A stretch of DNA of 64,000 nt from Nitrososphaerota archaeon (GCA_041641305.1 JBEPYN010000002.1:638666-702665), one strand, 5' to 3'; positions 19,447-29,667 are shown, counted from the first letter of the stretch. Numbers and translations: made by a program. The notes: generated by a model from the sequence alone, not told the origin.

Positions 19447-20433
19447 GTGTTGTCAGCGGCAGATGCGAAAAACCTGCCATGGGTAGAAAAATATAGGCCG
19501 AGAAGGCTCGATGACGTGGTTAATCAGGAGCAGGTTGTCGAAGCTCTGAAAAACATAGTCGCTACAAAGAATGTGCCTCACATGCTTTTCGCGGGGCCGC
19601 CGGGAACTGGTAAAACGGCGACGGCTCACGCGTTTGCACAGGACCTTTTCGGCCCACGCTACATAGAGGATGGCCACTTCATCGAGATAAACGCCTCCGA
19701 TGAGAGAGGCATCGAAACCATCCGGGAAAGGGTCAAGACGTATGCGCGCTCAGTCCCCTTCGGAGGCATCGGGTTCAGGCTACTCCTCCTCGACGAGAGC
19801 GACCAGCTCACCGACGCGGCCCAACATGCTTTCCGCCGTACCATGGAACAGTTCTCGACAACATGCAGATTCATACTCGCAGCCAACTACAGCAACAGAA
19901 TCATAGAGCCGATACAGTCAAGATGCGCTGTCCTCAGGTTCAAGCCTCTCAGCAAAGACATGGTGGCCACGATGCTCAAAAAAATAGCCGCGGCCGAAAA
20001 CCTCCAGCTCGACGACGCGGCCGTCGACGCGATCTACGAGTTCTCCATGGGCGATATGAGGAAAGCCATAAACATTCTCCAGTCATCAGCATCAATATCA
20101 AAAACAGTTGACTCTAAGACTGTGTACAACGTCATGGGTGTGGTGAGCAGAGGCGAGGTGATGAGAATGCTTCAGCTTGCACTCGATGGAAAGTTTTCCG
20201 AGGCCCGTGGACTACTCCGTGAACTGATGTATGTTCAGGGATACCAGGCGACCGACATCGTCTCATCTATAGCCCGTGAGATACCTTCTCTCCCAGTCTC
20301 CGAGCAGGATAAGCTGCGTCTGATGGATCTGATAGGCGAGACCGACTACCGCATATCCGAGGGCGGAACACCGGAGGTTCAGCTACAAGCCTTTCTCGCC
20401 AAGCTTGCGTCGATCAAAAGGTCTGGGGCTTGA
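19447..20433 (+). CDS. rfcS: Replication factor C small subunit
   Basis: WVEKYRP, GPPGTGKT, INASDERG, LDESD, IQSRC, GDMRKAIN. Confidence 0.96.
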   Translation: MLSAADAKNLPWVEKYRPRRLDDVVNQEQVVEALKNIVATKNVPHMLFAGPPGTGKTATAHAFAQDLFGPRYIEDGHFIEINASDERGIETIRERVKTYARSVPFGGIGFRLLLLDESDQLTDAAQHAFRRTMEQFSTTCRFILAANYSNRIIEPIQSRCAVLRFKPLSKDMVATMLKKIAAAENLQLDDAAVDAIYEFSMGDMRKAINILQSSASISKTVDSKTVYNVMGVVSRGEVMRMLQLALDGKFSEARGLLRELMYVQGYQATDIVSSIAREIPSLPVSEQDKLRLMDLIGETDYRISEGGTPEVQLQAFLAKLASIKRSGA

Positions 20434-21659
20434 CGCAGCTCTGGACAGAAAAATACAGACCAAAGAAAGTCTCTGAAATAGTTGGTAACAAGGAGGCTGT
20501 CCAAGCTTTCCTCGACTGGATGGCGGGATGGGAGAAGGGTAAACCATCCAAGAAAGCTGTTCTCCTCCACGGGCCGGCCGGCGTGGGGAAAACCTCCCTT
20601 GTGCACGCCTACGCATCTGAGAAAGGATACGAGGTGATAGAGACCAACGCAAGCGATTTCCGGACACGTGAAAACATCGAGAAAATCGTTGGAGCAGCGT
20701 CGGGGATGGCTTCGCTAACCTCGGGCCAGAGAAAAATCATTCTCGTCGACGAGGTCGACGGCATAGACGCGAGAGCGGACGCGGGAGCTGTCACAAGCCT
20801 CGTAGAAATCATATCCAAAACACATGTCCCCGTAGTTCTCGTCGCAAACGATCCATGGGACCCGAGGCTGGCCCCACTAAGAGAAGCCTGCCTGATGATA
20901 CAGTTCAGGAGAATACCCAAGCCATCAGTTGCGGCACATCTCAAGAAAATAGTCGCGGCTGAGAATGTTAAGGTGCCGGAGGATATTCTCCGCAGGATTG
21001 TGGAGAACTCTGAGGGAGACCTACGGTCAGCTATAAACGATTTGCAGATGGCTTCGGCGGCTCTCGAGATGGGTCTGGTGACGGCTCCACGGGATAGAAA
21101 AGACGAGATTTTCACGGCCTTGGCAACGATCTTCAACGCGAAATCCTTCAACACGGCGCAGGAGGCCGCGCGCAACATCGACATCGACCACTCGGAGCTG
21201 ATGCAGTGGATACTCGAGAACGCGCCGCAGCAGCTCTCGCCAACAGACTTGGCCGAGGCCCTTGAAAACCTCGCCAAAGCAGACCTCTACCTCCAAAGGA
21301 TAAACACTAGACAGAACTGGCAGTTCCTCCGCTACGCAGTCCCTATCATGACAGCGGGTGTAGCACTTTCCCGAAAAACATCACCATCCAAATTTGTCAA
21401 GTTCACTTACCCCGAGGCAATCAAGTTTCTCGGCCGCACAAAGTCCATGCGTGAATCACTTGCCAGCATAGCGGAAAAAGTTGGGAAGAAGCTTCACATG
21501 TCGGCGCGGAAAGCCAGAACCGAGATGATACCCTACCTCAAGATAATCATGTCAGGCGACGGTGAAGAATTGGCCGAGTATTTTGAGTTGTCCCCTGCTG
21601 AGGTTCAGTTTCTACGCGGCGGCGAGGTGAAGAAGAAGGGTGCTAGGCGCCGTGGCTGA
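20430..21659 (+). CDS. rfcL: Replication factor C large subunit
   Basis: WTEKYRP, GPAGVGKT, NASDFR, VDEVDG, GDLRSAINDLQ. Confidence 0.95.
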   Translation: MTQLWTEKYRPKKVSEIVGNKEAVQAFLDWMAGWEKGKPSKKAVLLHGPAGVGKTSLVHAYASEKGYEVIETNASDFRTRENIEKIVGAASGMASLTSGQRKIILVDEVDGIDARADAGAVTSLVEIISKTHVPVVLVANDPWDPRLAPLREACLMIQFRRIPKPSVAAHLKKIVAAENVKVPEDILRRIVENSEGDLRSAINDLQMASAALEMGLVTAPRDRKDEIFTALATIFNAKSFNTAQEAARNIDIDHSELMQWILENAPQQLSPTDLAEALENLAKADLYLQRINTRQNWQFLRYAVPIMTAGVALSRKTSPSKFVKFTYPEAIKFLGRTKSMRESLASIAEKVGKKLHMSARKARTEMIPYLKIIMSGDGEELAEYFELSPAEVQFLRGGEVKKKGARRRG

Positions 21660-22800
21660 GGCCTTTGACGAGCTCCTGCTCTAATAGCTGCGCCGGTATG
21701 CCGGGGAGATAGACATAGGTTTTCCTGCCTCTCGCGCCCTCGCTCTTGACCGAGAGCCGTAGAAACCCGAGGTCCTGCAGCTGCTGAAGAATCTCCCAGA
21801 AACTTGTGTAGCCTTTCGCCTCCTGCCGCAGCTCTTCACAAACCAGCTTATAGATCTCGTAAACATCCTGCGAAGTTACGCTGGCCTTGTTTCCCAGCAT
21901 GCTTCGAGCCGTCGAAAGCAGCACAAGCCGTTCATCGGGCCTGAGGTATGCCAGGTTTTCGCGGCGAATGGTTGGATAAACGCTTGCGAGAGCCTTTCTC
22001 ACATGCTCAGCCGTCACCACCGAGCTGCCCTCAGCCTCAGCATATTTTCCCGACCTCCAGAGAAGGTCGATAGCGTATCTCGCATCCTTTCTCTCAGAAG
22101 CAACCTCCGCCAAAAAATCAAGCACCTCATCGCTGATGGCGTTTTTCATAAACGCCTCAGAGGCCCTGTAGCGGAGAATCTCGAAGAGCTGGTCACGGGT
22201 GTATTCTTCGAGGTGGATGCTGTTACCTCCCATGCCGCTCAGCGTCTGCCCATCAAGCCTCTCAAGAAAATCTGCTCCACGGAAGATTAAAATGAGTGAG
22301 ACAAGAGCCCCTGCCTCTATGTCCTCGCTGCTCCTTGTGAGTAGGTAGATTGCACCCGCCCCCTCTTCTGCGATAAGGGCCTCCACCTCATCGAGGCAGA
22401 GGATAAGCCGCGTCTTGTTGAAGCGGAGAAAGTTGACGATGATCTCGAGTATCTCCTCGTCTGAGTAGCCTCTTCTCGGAATCTCTACTCCCAAGACGTC
22501 GGCTGTTTTGCGGAGAGCTGTGTAAAGAGACTTGTGTATGCGGCAGTTTACGTGGACAAACCTGATTTTTCTACCCACGCCGACGGCTCGTCGCTCAATC
22601 TCTTGGCCGAAAAGTTTGGCCAAGCTCGTCTTTCCCGTACCCACCGCACCCCATAAAAACACGCGCACATGAAAAGGCTGCTCATCCCTCAACAGCGATG
22701 AGAAAAAGGAGAAGAGAAGCTCCAGCTCCCTCTCGCGGAAAAGAAGCCTATCAGGCACATACTCGGGAGAAAGCTTCTCCTCATGGCTAAAAACAGACAT
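21643..22800 (-). CDS. cdc6: Cdc6/Orc1 replication initiator
   Basis: LSPEYVPDRLLFRE, GAVGTGKT, HVNC, LDEVE, DARYAIDLL, C-terminal wHTH. ATG 22800 chosen. Confidence 0.92.
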   Translation of the reverse strand: MSVFSHEEKLSPEYVPDRLLFRERELELLFSFFSSLLRDEQPFHVRVFLWGAVGTGKTSLAKLFGQEIERRAVGVGRKIRFVHVNCRIHKSLYTALRKTADVLGVEIPRRGYSDEEILEIIVNFLRFNKTRLILCLDEVEALIAEEGAGAIYLLTRSSEDIEAGALVSLILIFRGADFLERLDGQTLSGMGGNSIHLEEYTRDQLFEILRYRASEAFMKNAISDEVLDFLAEVASERKDARYAIDLLWRSGKYAEAEGSSVVTAEHVRKALASVYPTIRRENLAYLRPDERLVLLSTARSMLGNKASVTSQDVYEIYKLVCEELRQEAKGYTSFWEILQQLQDLGFLRLSVKSEGARGRKTYVYLPGIPAQLLEQELVKGLSHGA

Positions 22801-22835
22801 TCCCAAGAAACTCCTACGCAGCAGCTGACATAAAA

Positions 22836-22877
22836 GAGCACCTCTTACGTACAGCAGCTGTACGAAAAAGGTGTCTC
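22836..22877. repeat. Inverted repeat upstream of cdc6: perfect core CGTACAGC-A-GCTGTACG (22848-22864) with imperfect outer arms
   Basis: Read directly; outer arms GAGCACCT ... AGGTGTCTC. Confidence 0.7.
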
Positions 22878-22888
22878 TGAGCATCTCA

Positions 22889-22962
22889 TGGGCCGGGGCG
22901 GACTTGAACCGCCGACCTCCGCCGTGTGAGGGCGGCGTCCTACCAGGCTAGACCACCGGCCC
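22889..22962 (-). tRNA. tRNA-Val(CAC)
   Basis: GGGCCGG/CCGGCCC acceptor, CCGCC-CT-CAC-AC-GGCGG arm, GGCGG-TTCAAGT-CCGCC T arm. Confidence 0.95.
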
Positions 22963-23015
22963 CCTGTTTCCCGCTATTGGTAAAGCTTTAAGTCTTACCT
23001 TGTGGAAGAAAATTC

Positions 23016-23249
23016 ATGGCAATTTCTTTGACGGAGATCGTCATAATCGCCGCGATTATCCTGATTGCCATCTATATTCTGCCGGGTAAGCTTCCGAAGC
23101 TTGCGAAGTCTTTGGGTGAGGCGAAGCGCGAGTTTGAGAAAACTGCTAAGAGGGAGGAGGTTTTGGAGAGAGCCCGTGAGCTGGGTATCGATGTGACGGG
23201 TAAAACGCTTGAGGAGATCGAGGAAGAGATACGTCGGCACGGTCACTAG
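23016..23249 (+). CDS. tatA: Twin-arginine translocase TatA
   Basis: N-terminal TM then KLPKLAKSLGEAKREF amphipathic helix. Confidence 0.9.
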   Translation: MAISLTEIVIIAAIILIAIYILPGKLPKLAKSLGEAKREFEKTAKREEVLERARELGIDVTGKTLEEIEEEIRRHGH

Positions 23250-23539
23250 ATGGTTGGGCATTCGCATGGATTAGACCCGCATCTCGGACAGCCTTTTCCA
23301 TACTTTTTCTGGAACGCGTTCTCGAGGTCTATGGAGGCGACGTTGCAGAAGCTTAGAAGCCATGCCAGGACGTCTGCAGCCTCTTCATCCAACTGTCCCC
23401 GTCCCCTGCCCTTGATGTAGGCGTCTGAAAGCTCCCCCATCTCCGAGACAAGCCAGAGAAAAGTCCGGTCGAGGCCGCGGGCCCTGTCACGTCTCCCATA
23501 AACCTGGTCAAGATGCTGCTGGGCCTCACCTATCTCCAT
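23246..23539 (-). CDS. MazG-like nucleotide pyrophosphohydrolase
   Basis: SEMGELSD ... EEAADVLAWL; C-terminal CPRC..PCEC. Confidence 0.88.
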   Translation of the reverse strand: MEIGEAQQHLDQVYGRRDRARGLDRTFLWLVSEMGELSDAYIKGRGRGQLDEEAADVLAWLLSFCNVASIDLENAFQKKYGKGCPRCGSNPCECPTI

Positions 23540-23592
23540 GAGGTGGATGTTTTACGGAAAAATTTATACATCCTCAGGGCATTTGTATTCAG

Positions 23593-24264
23593 ATGTTCAC
23601 ATTCCCCACAGTTGAGGAAATAGTCTTGACACTTGCGCTGTTTATCTGGATATTGTTTCTGACATCTTTTGTCACGCGTAAGATATACGGCTGGATGGTC
23701 GGGCGAGGAATGGCGCATAACGTCGCGGTTTACTACAACCGTAAAATCATACACGTGTTGGCAGGAGGCTTAGCGGCCATAGCCGTGGCCCTTTTCATGA
23801 AGAGCTATTTGCCCGTGTTAGCGCTCGTCGCGGTGTTGGCGGTGGGTAATTATCTACCCCATAGAAGGGGGAGGCTGATGTATTGGTATCAGGTGGAGGA
23901 CAACATGTATGAGGTTCATTTCGTCATCATGTGGGGCCTGATAATGGGGCTTGGATTCTATCTCGGCGATGTGAGGCTTGGTCTGCTGCCTATCCTGTTC
24001 ATGAGTGTGGGCGATGGCGTCACGGGTTTTGTGCGGAACATGATTTACAGGAGGAGGACAAAGTCGTGGTGGGGAAATTTGGCTATGGCGCTTTTCTGCA
24101 TACCCGCTGGATACATGTTGTACGGTTTTCTGGGCATGGCTGCTGGAGCCGCTGCCTCGTTTGTCGAACGGTTTGAGTTCGGCAGAGTAGACGACAACAT
24201 AACTGTCCCTCTTGTCTCGTTTGCTTTTCTCGTGGCTGCGCCTGTGTTGGGCGTGTCTATATAA
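23593..24264 (+). CDS. CTP-dependent polyprenol (dolichol/phytol) kinase family membrane protein
   Basis: RKIIH, GDGVTG, KSWWG, DDNITVP. Confidence 0.8.
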   Translation: MFTFPTVEEIVLTLALFIWILFLTSFVTRKIYGWMVGRGMAHNVAVYYNRKIIHVLAGGLAAIAVALFMKSYLPVLALVAVLAVGNYLPHRRGRLMYWYQVEDNMYEVHFVIMWGLIMGLGFYLGDVRLGLLPILFMSVGDGVTGFVRNMIYRRRTKSWWGNLAMALFCIPAGYMLYGFLGMAAGAAASFVERFEFGRVDDNITVPLVSFAFLVAAPVLGVSI

Positions 24265-24295
24265 TGCTTATATTACATTATTTTCCTTGAAAATC

Positions 24296-26653
24296 GTGGC
24301 TGTAACACGTCTTTTTGGAGCGAAGGTCAAGAGACGAGAGGACCCGCGTTTTCTGACTGGACGCGGCAGATACACCCACAACATAAACGTGCCCGGAATG
24401 GTTTACGCATGCTTTGTCAGGAGCCCGCATGCGCACGCCAAGGTTGTCAGGGTTGATTCCTCGGCTGCTGAGAAGGCTTCGGGTGTGTTGGGTGTTTTCA
24501 CGGGTGCGGACTTGGATGATAAGCTGGGGCCGATACCGTGTGCTTGGCAGATTCCCAACTCCGATATCAAGGTTCCCCGCTACATGCCTCTCGCCGTGGA
24601 CAAGGTGAGGTTTGTGGGCGACCCTGTGGCGGTTGTCGTGGCCCGATCCTATGCCGAGGCTTTGGACGCGGCGTCGCTTGTACAAGTCGAGTATGAGAAG
24701 CTCCCCGCTGTAACAAGTCCTGAAGAAGCTGTTAAACCCGGTGCGCCTCAGCTCTACGACGACGTCGCCAACAACACCGCCTTTGTATGGCGTGCTTCGG
24801 GAGGAGATGTTGACAAGGCTTTCGAAAGAGCAGATGTGGTGGTTTCGCAGAGGCTTGTCAACAGCAGGCTTCAGCCAACGCCGATGGAGACAAGGGCTGT
24901 TCTCGCCGACTACAACCCCACGACAGATGAGGCGACTGTTTACCTCACGAGCCAGAACCCGCATGTCCACAGGCTTCTCCTCTCCCTCGTCACAGGTCAT
25001 CCAGAGCATAGGCTAAGAGTTGTATCCTACGATGTAGGCGGAGGATTTGGCGCGAAGATCCACCTCTACTCTCCCGAAGTCGTGTTGCTGCATCTCGCAA
25101 AAACCCTTCGGAGACCTGTCAAATGGATGGAGACAAGGACGGAGAACTTCACCGCAACCATTCACGGCAGAGACCACATACAGTATGTGGACCTCGCCGC
25201 CGACCGCGGTGGCCATGTTCTTGGACTGCGTGTCAAATCTTATGCCAACATGGGGGCGTATCTCTCAACAGCTGCACCGGGCATACCCACTATCCTCTTC
25301 GGCCCCATGCTGAGCGGGCCTTACCGCATACCCGCAATCTCGGTAGAGGTTATCGGAGCTTTGACAAACACTGCGCCCGTTGATGCCTACCGTGGAGCCG
25401 GTAGGCCTGAGGCGACCTACATTCTCGAGAGGATGATGGATATTCTCGCGAGGAGGCTTGGGAAAGACCCTGCGGAGGTGAGGCTGAAGAACTTCATCAA
25501 GAAGGAGATGTTCCCCTACACGGCGATGCCCATCGGCCTCGTCTACGACAGCGGCGACTATGAGAGAGCTTTCATGAAAGCCCTCGAGCTCTCGCGGTAC
25601 TCGGAGTGGAGGAGGAAGCAGGAGGAGATACGGGCGAAGGGAAGGCTCATCGGCATAGGGGTCAGCAGCTACATCGAGATATGCGGTCTGGGCCCATCAT
25701 CGGTTGCGAGGGCCACAGGGTTCGGCCTCGGGCTGTGGGAAAGCACAGTCATCCGAGTGCATCCAACGGGAAAAGTCTCGGTATACATAGGCGGCCATCC
25801 ACATGGACAGGGTGAGGAGACAACCTTCGCGCAGATAGTGGCTGACAGGCTTCAGATACCGATTGAGGATGTGGAGATTCTTCACGGAGACACAGCCATG
25901 GTTCCATTCGGCATGGGCACCTACGGAAGCAGAACAACACCTGTGGCAGGAGCCTCCGTGGCCATCGGATGCGACAGAATACTCGAGAAGGCCCGTAAGA
26001 TAGCGGCTCATCTTCTCGAAGCAAGTGAGAAAGATGTGGAATACGCTGGCGGAAAATTCTACGTCCGCGAAATGCCTGAGAAGAGCAAGAGCTTTGCAGA
26101 GGTCGCCTACGCTGCTTATGGAGCAGGTGCGAATGAGCTGCCTCAGGGCCTTGAGCCGGGCCTCGAGACAACCGTCTTTTTCGACCCTCCCAACTTCACC
26201 TTCCCCTTCGGCACACACATCTGCGTAACAGAGGTTGACCCGGAGACTGGAGAGGTGAAGGTTCTCGAATACTATGCGGTGGATGACTGCGGCAACCGGA
26301 TAAACCCGATGATTGTTGAAGGGCAGATTCACGGCGGAATAGCCCAGGGTCTTGCACAGGCCCTTTACGAGGAAGCCAGCTACAGCGGCGACGGACAGCT
26401 TCTGACAAGCAGTTTATCTGAATACCTAGTGCCGACGGCTGTTGAAATTCCTCGCATAGAGACTGATGAAACGGTAACACCTTCGCCAGTCAACCCCATA
26501 GGTGTCAAGGGCATAGGCGAAGCGGGAACCATCGCGTCGACGCCTGCCGTTGTCAACTCCGTCCTCGACGCCATAGCACACCTCGGAATCACACACATCG
26601 ACATGCCTCTCAAGCCCGAGAAAATCCTCGCCGCCATCAAACAAACACGTTAA
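24296..26653 (+). CDS. Molybdopterin hydroxylase large subunit, form II CoxL/CutA-like
   Basis: RREDPRFLTGRG, GGGFGAK, AYRGAGRPE active-site loop, KGIGEAG. GTG 24296 chosen. Confidence 0.9.
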   Translation: MAVTRLFGAKVKRREDPRFLTGRGRYTHNINVPGMVYACFVRSPHAHAKVVRVDSSAAEKASGVLGVFTGADLDDKLGPIPCAWQIPNSDIKVPRYMPLAVDKVRFVGDPVAVVVARSYAEALDAASLVQVEYEKLPAVTSPEEAVKPGAPQLYDDVANNTAFVWRASGGDVDKAFERADVVVSQRLVNSRLQPTPMETRAVLADYNPTTDEATVYLTSQNPHVHRLLLSLVTGHPEHRLRVVSYDVGGGFGAKIHLYSPEVVLLHLAKTLRRPVKWMETRTENFTATIHGRDHIQYVDLAADRGGHVLGLRVKSYANMGAYLSTAAPGIPTILFGPMLSGPYRIPAISVEVIGALTNTAPVDAYRGAGRPEATYILERMMDILARRLGKDPAEVRLKNFIKKEMFPYTAMPIGLVYDSGDYERAFMKALELSRYSEWRRKQEEIRAKGRLIGIGVSSYIEICGLGPSSVARATGFGLGLWESTVIRVHPTGKVSVYIGGHPHGQGEETTFAQIVADRLQIPIEDVEILHGDTAMVPFGMGTYGSRTTPVAGASVAIGCDRILEKARKIAAHLLEASEKDVEYAGGKFYVREMPEKSKSFAEVAYAAYGAGANELPQGLEPGLETTVFFDPPNFTFPFGTHICVTEVDPETGEVKVLEYYAVDDCGNRINPMIVEGQIHGGIAQGLAQALYEEASYSGDGQLLTSSLSEYLVPTAVEIPRIETDETVTPSPVNPIGVKGIGEAGTIASTPAVVNSVLDAIAHLGITHIDMPLKPEKILAAIKQTR

Positions 26654-26692
26654 AAAAACTTTTAATCCAACCCTGAAAATACGGTCTTCGAG

Positions 26693-27112
26693 ATGTCTTC
26701 CATTCCGCGTGGGAAACTCGTCGGGATGCAGGTATACAACCCGGATGGCACGCTTGTCGGCGTTGTTCAGGACATAGAGCTGCCGATTGGAGGAGGCGAG
26801 TTTGGGCTGCAGATTCTCTCCAAATACAACCTGGTTGAGCATGTGCCGTGGAGCATGGTCGCGGCGGCGGGTGACATAATCATTCTCAAGGAGAAAATCG
26901 AGCTGAAGCAGCCTGAGGCACCGCCTGTCCAGACGTTTGTAGCTCAGCCGCAGGCCCCAGTTCAGCAGAGAGGAGGAGTAATCTCAAGCGTCACGTCTAG
27001 GCTGCCCTTCGGCAGACGTGAAAAGAACCCTTGCCCAACATGCGGAAAAGAGCTTTCCTGGATTGAGCAGTATCAGCGCTGGTACTGCTACAACTGTGGA
27101 AAATATGTTTAG
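26693..27112 (+). CDS. PRC-barrel protein with C-terminal Zn ribbon
   Basis: GMQVYNPDGTLVGVVQDI..VPWSMV..GDIIIL; Q/P linker; CPTCG..WYCYNC. Confidence 0.8.
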   Translation: MSSIPRGKLVGMQVYNPDGTLVGVVQDIELPIGGGEFGLQILSKYNLVEHVPWSMVAAAGDIIILKEKIELKQPEAPPVQTFVAQPQAPVQQRGGVISSVTSRLPFGRREKNPCPTCGKELSWIEQYQRWYCYNCGKYV

Positions 27113-28293
27113 AGAAGAGGCCTCTGCACAAGAAGGTTTTCTCTCTCCAAGCGTTGCACAACTTTTTTGACGTGTTTGTTTGCTGAGAACTTTAGGTATA
27201 GATATGATGAGGTAATGGAGACCGTGAACAATAGATGCACGATAAATGCGAGAAGTATCATGGCGAGGACGAGGTCGCCGTCGGCCACCGAAAATGTGAA
27301 ACCTATGGGGGAAAAGATGAAGGTATAGATTTCTATCATCTCGTCGGCGAGGCTGTGGATTTTCGGCTCCGTCAAAAACTTTCTTACGGGGTTGAAGACC
27401 CTTATGCCGCAGTCCTCGAAGAGCCATAAGACGGGCCCGACGTAGAGTGAGCCAAGAGCAATCGCGACGATGGATATGAATGCGGCGTCTGCGGTTGCGG
27501 AGAACGGGTCTTCGCCGAATAGATTTATTCCCAGCAGGTCGAGAATGCTCGCCACCGTCGTGGTAACTCCGAGACCAAAGGCCATGGGATAGTAGCTGCG
27601 CGAGGCGACGTTGAAGATGGTGGTCTCCTCCGTTTTAGGCGGCTCGACTGCGACCAAAACAGCCCCCGCTCCCCTCTGTCGTTTAAGCAGCCAAGTGCTG
27701 AGCCGGTCTGCGAAAAGATGCCAGATGAGCCATGTGACCGCGACGGGTAAGACATACCGTATGTAGAAGTTGGGGCTGTTGACCAAAGTGATGAACGGAA
27801 GGTAGAGAGCGAGTATGAGCACGACATCAAGCTCATCTTCATGCCTGTTTCTCTGCAAAACTATCCCAGCCTTTGATACACGCCTGTTAATCACCAACGA
27901 GGCAACGGTTGCTGAGAGAATCAGAGCGGGGCCAACGCTCCATGCAAGCGTCATTATCAACTGCTGATATACCCAATTCTCCGCATCGAGTGGTGTGGAC
28001 CATGAGGCGGCGAATGCAGCCGCAGAAATGATAACTCCAAGGATAAGCGAGTAGAGATACCATTTTCTCAGCGGATGCAGGGCGCTGATGATCCATCCGA
28101 GGCCAAAAGCAGCCAAAGCAGGGCCAGCGTCAAACATGAAAACAGATTCCCACCAAACCAGCCACAATACACCATGCCCCAGAACAGAGAGCACGTACCC
28201 GAGCAACACTATAAAGAAGCCGGCGAACAGAAGAGCTGCACCAGTTCTCAAAGAAGGCTCCGCCAATTCTTCACCCCCTCCTATACAGCACAC
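27109..28293 (-). CDS. Multi-pass membrane protein, unknown function (start uncertain)
   Basis: About 9-10 hydrophobic segments. Confidence 0.7.
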   Translation of the reverse strand: MCCIGGGEELAEPSLRTGAALLFAGFFIVLLGYVLSVLGHGVLWLVWWESVFMFDAGPALAAFGLGWIISALHPLRKWYLYSLILGVIISAAAFAASWSTPLDAENWVYQQLIMTLAWSVGPALILSATVASLVINRRVSKAGIVLQRNRHEDELDVVLILALYLPFITLVNSPNFYIRYVLPVAVTWLIWHLFADRLSTWLLKRQRGAGAVLVAVEPPKTEETTIFNVASRSYYPMAFGLGVTTTVASILDLLGINLFGEDPFSATADAAFISIVAIALGSLYVGPVLWLFEDCGIRVFNPVRKFLTEPKIHSLADEMIEIYTFIFSPIGFTFSVADGDLVLAMILLAFIVHLLFTVSITSSYLYLKFSANKHVKKVVQRLERENLLVQRPLL

Positions 28294-29593
28294 CTATCCT
28301 GTTCAGCAACGCAAGCAGTACAAGAACAGCCAAAACCGCTGTCGAGACCGGCGAATTCGACACAAACCTCTCCACAGCAAGGTTTCGAACCATAGCAGCG
28401 GGCTGCCTCTCAAGAGCAAGTATGACGGAAAACAGGCTGCTTCGGAGGAAACGGTTTACATATTCATCGGACTGGACAACAGCTCTCTCAAACAACGGAT
28501 AGTACCCCGACGCTGTGGAGAGCTTTGAAACAACTACTTCAAAAGAGCCTATGTTTTTCGATGTCATTTTACGCAGCGAAGCGAGAGCCGTGGGATAGAC
28601 GATGTTTACCGCAGATGTCTTCTGCTGAGCCGCCGCGAAAACCTGCTCAGCAGACGCAGCCGGGTCATAGAGAAGAAGGTTACTCACTTGTGTTTCAACC
28701 GTGAGCAACCTATCTCCGACATAGTAGAGTTTCTCCATTTTCTCCAAAAACCTAAACACGTTCTCCAACGCAGTCGAGGAATAGATGTCCTGCTGGTTCT
28801 CCGCAGCATCCACCAGCGCCGCAAACGCTCTACTCGCAGTTTCAAAATCTGTCTCCGGATTGTTCACAGCCGTCAAGTTGGCCACATAGTCTACGTGAAC
28901 TCTCCATAGGCCTGACAATTCAATAGGAGCCTCCACATCTGCTTCATGCGCTAGAGTCAAGAGACGTGAAAGAGCGGTCAACGACTGTATAAGTTGGCCG
29001 TCGTTTTGTGTTGAGAATGCTACTATTTCTTGAAAATGGTCCGCATAGCTGCTAACGGCGTATTGTATCTCCTCTTTGTTGACGGAGCCGCCCGTCATCT
29101 TAGAGATCCAATTGGCTTGGACGAGCAGCGCAGCCTTCGAGTAAACTGGTGTCCAGCCCAAGAAGCCTTCGAGGCTATCGCCCAAAATGTTCAAAACCTC
29201 CCTGCTCCGTTGGCTACGTGTCAACCCATAGTGCAACGCGGCGAAATACGATGTTTGTAGATGCGTGAGAAAATTTTCTGCTGTCGGGATTTTTCCCGTG
29301 AACCCGACGTCGACACCGTCTCCCTTTAGAGCCCTTGTGTTAACCTGCTCCGCTATCTTGTTGAGGAGGTTGAGCGACTCGGCGTCGCCGAGGCCCATGT
29401 GGATAGACGCGGCGAAAATACCGTGCAACGCCATGGCCCTAAGGCTCACGGCCCCGCCTCCAGAAACCTGCTCAACCACATCACGCAAATACTCATAATC
29501 ACTTCGCAACGCATCTTTCACAGCTGATAACTCGAAGCCGCTGACCGGAAAAACCAGAGTAGCCAAAAGAAGGCAGACGAGGACTTTTCTCAA
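28271..29593 (-). CDS. Secreted, mainly helical protein with C-terminal membrane anchor
   Basis: Signal peptide MRKVLVCLLLATLVFPVSG; C-terminal TM plus basic tail. Confidence 0.7.
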   Translation of the reverse strand: MRKVLVCLLLATLVFPVSGFELSAVKDALRSDYEYLRDVVEQVSGGGAVSLRAMALHGIFAASIHMGLGDAESLNLLNKIAEQVNTRALKGDGVDVGFTGKIPTAENFLTHLQTSYFAALHYGLTRSQRSREVLNILGDSLEGFLGWTPVYSKAALLVQANWISKMTGGSVNKEEIQYAVSSYADHFQEIVAFSTQNDGQLIQSLTALSRLLTLAHEADVEAPIELSGLWRVHVDYVANLTAVNNPETDFETASRAFAALVDAAENQQDIYSSTALENVFRFLEKMEKLYYVGDRLLTVETQVSNLLLYDPAASAEQVFAAAQQKTSAVNIVYPTALASLRKMTSKNIGSFEVVVSKLSTASGYYPLFERAVVQSDEYVNRFLRSSLFSVILALERQPAAMVRNLAVERFVSNSPVSTAVLAVLVLLALLNRIGVLYRRG

Positions 29594-29667
29594 ACTGTTT
29601 TACTCCGATTTCTCACTTTAAAATAAACATATCCTTAAAACTGTCGACGGATAAAGTCGGCCTAACC

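Noticed and set aside
22801-23015. Replication origin next to cdc6
   Set aside because: No ORB/mini-ORB (TCCA..GAAAC plus G-string) and no AT-rich unwinding element; the spacer is short and holds a tRNA.
24296-26653. Bona fide aerobic CO dehydrogenase (form I coxL)
   Set aside because: Has AYRGAGR rather than AYXCSFR, and no cox accessory genes.
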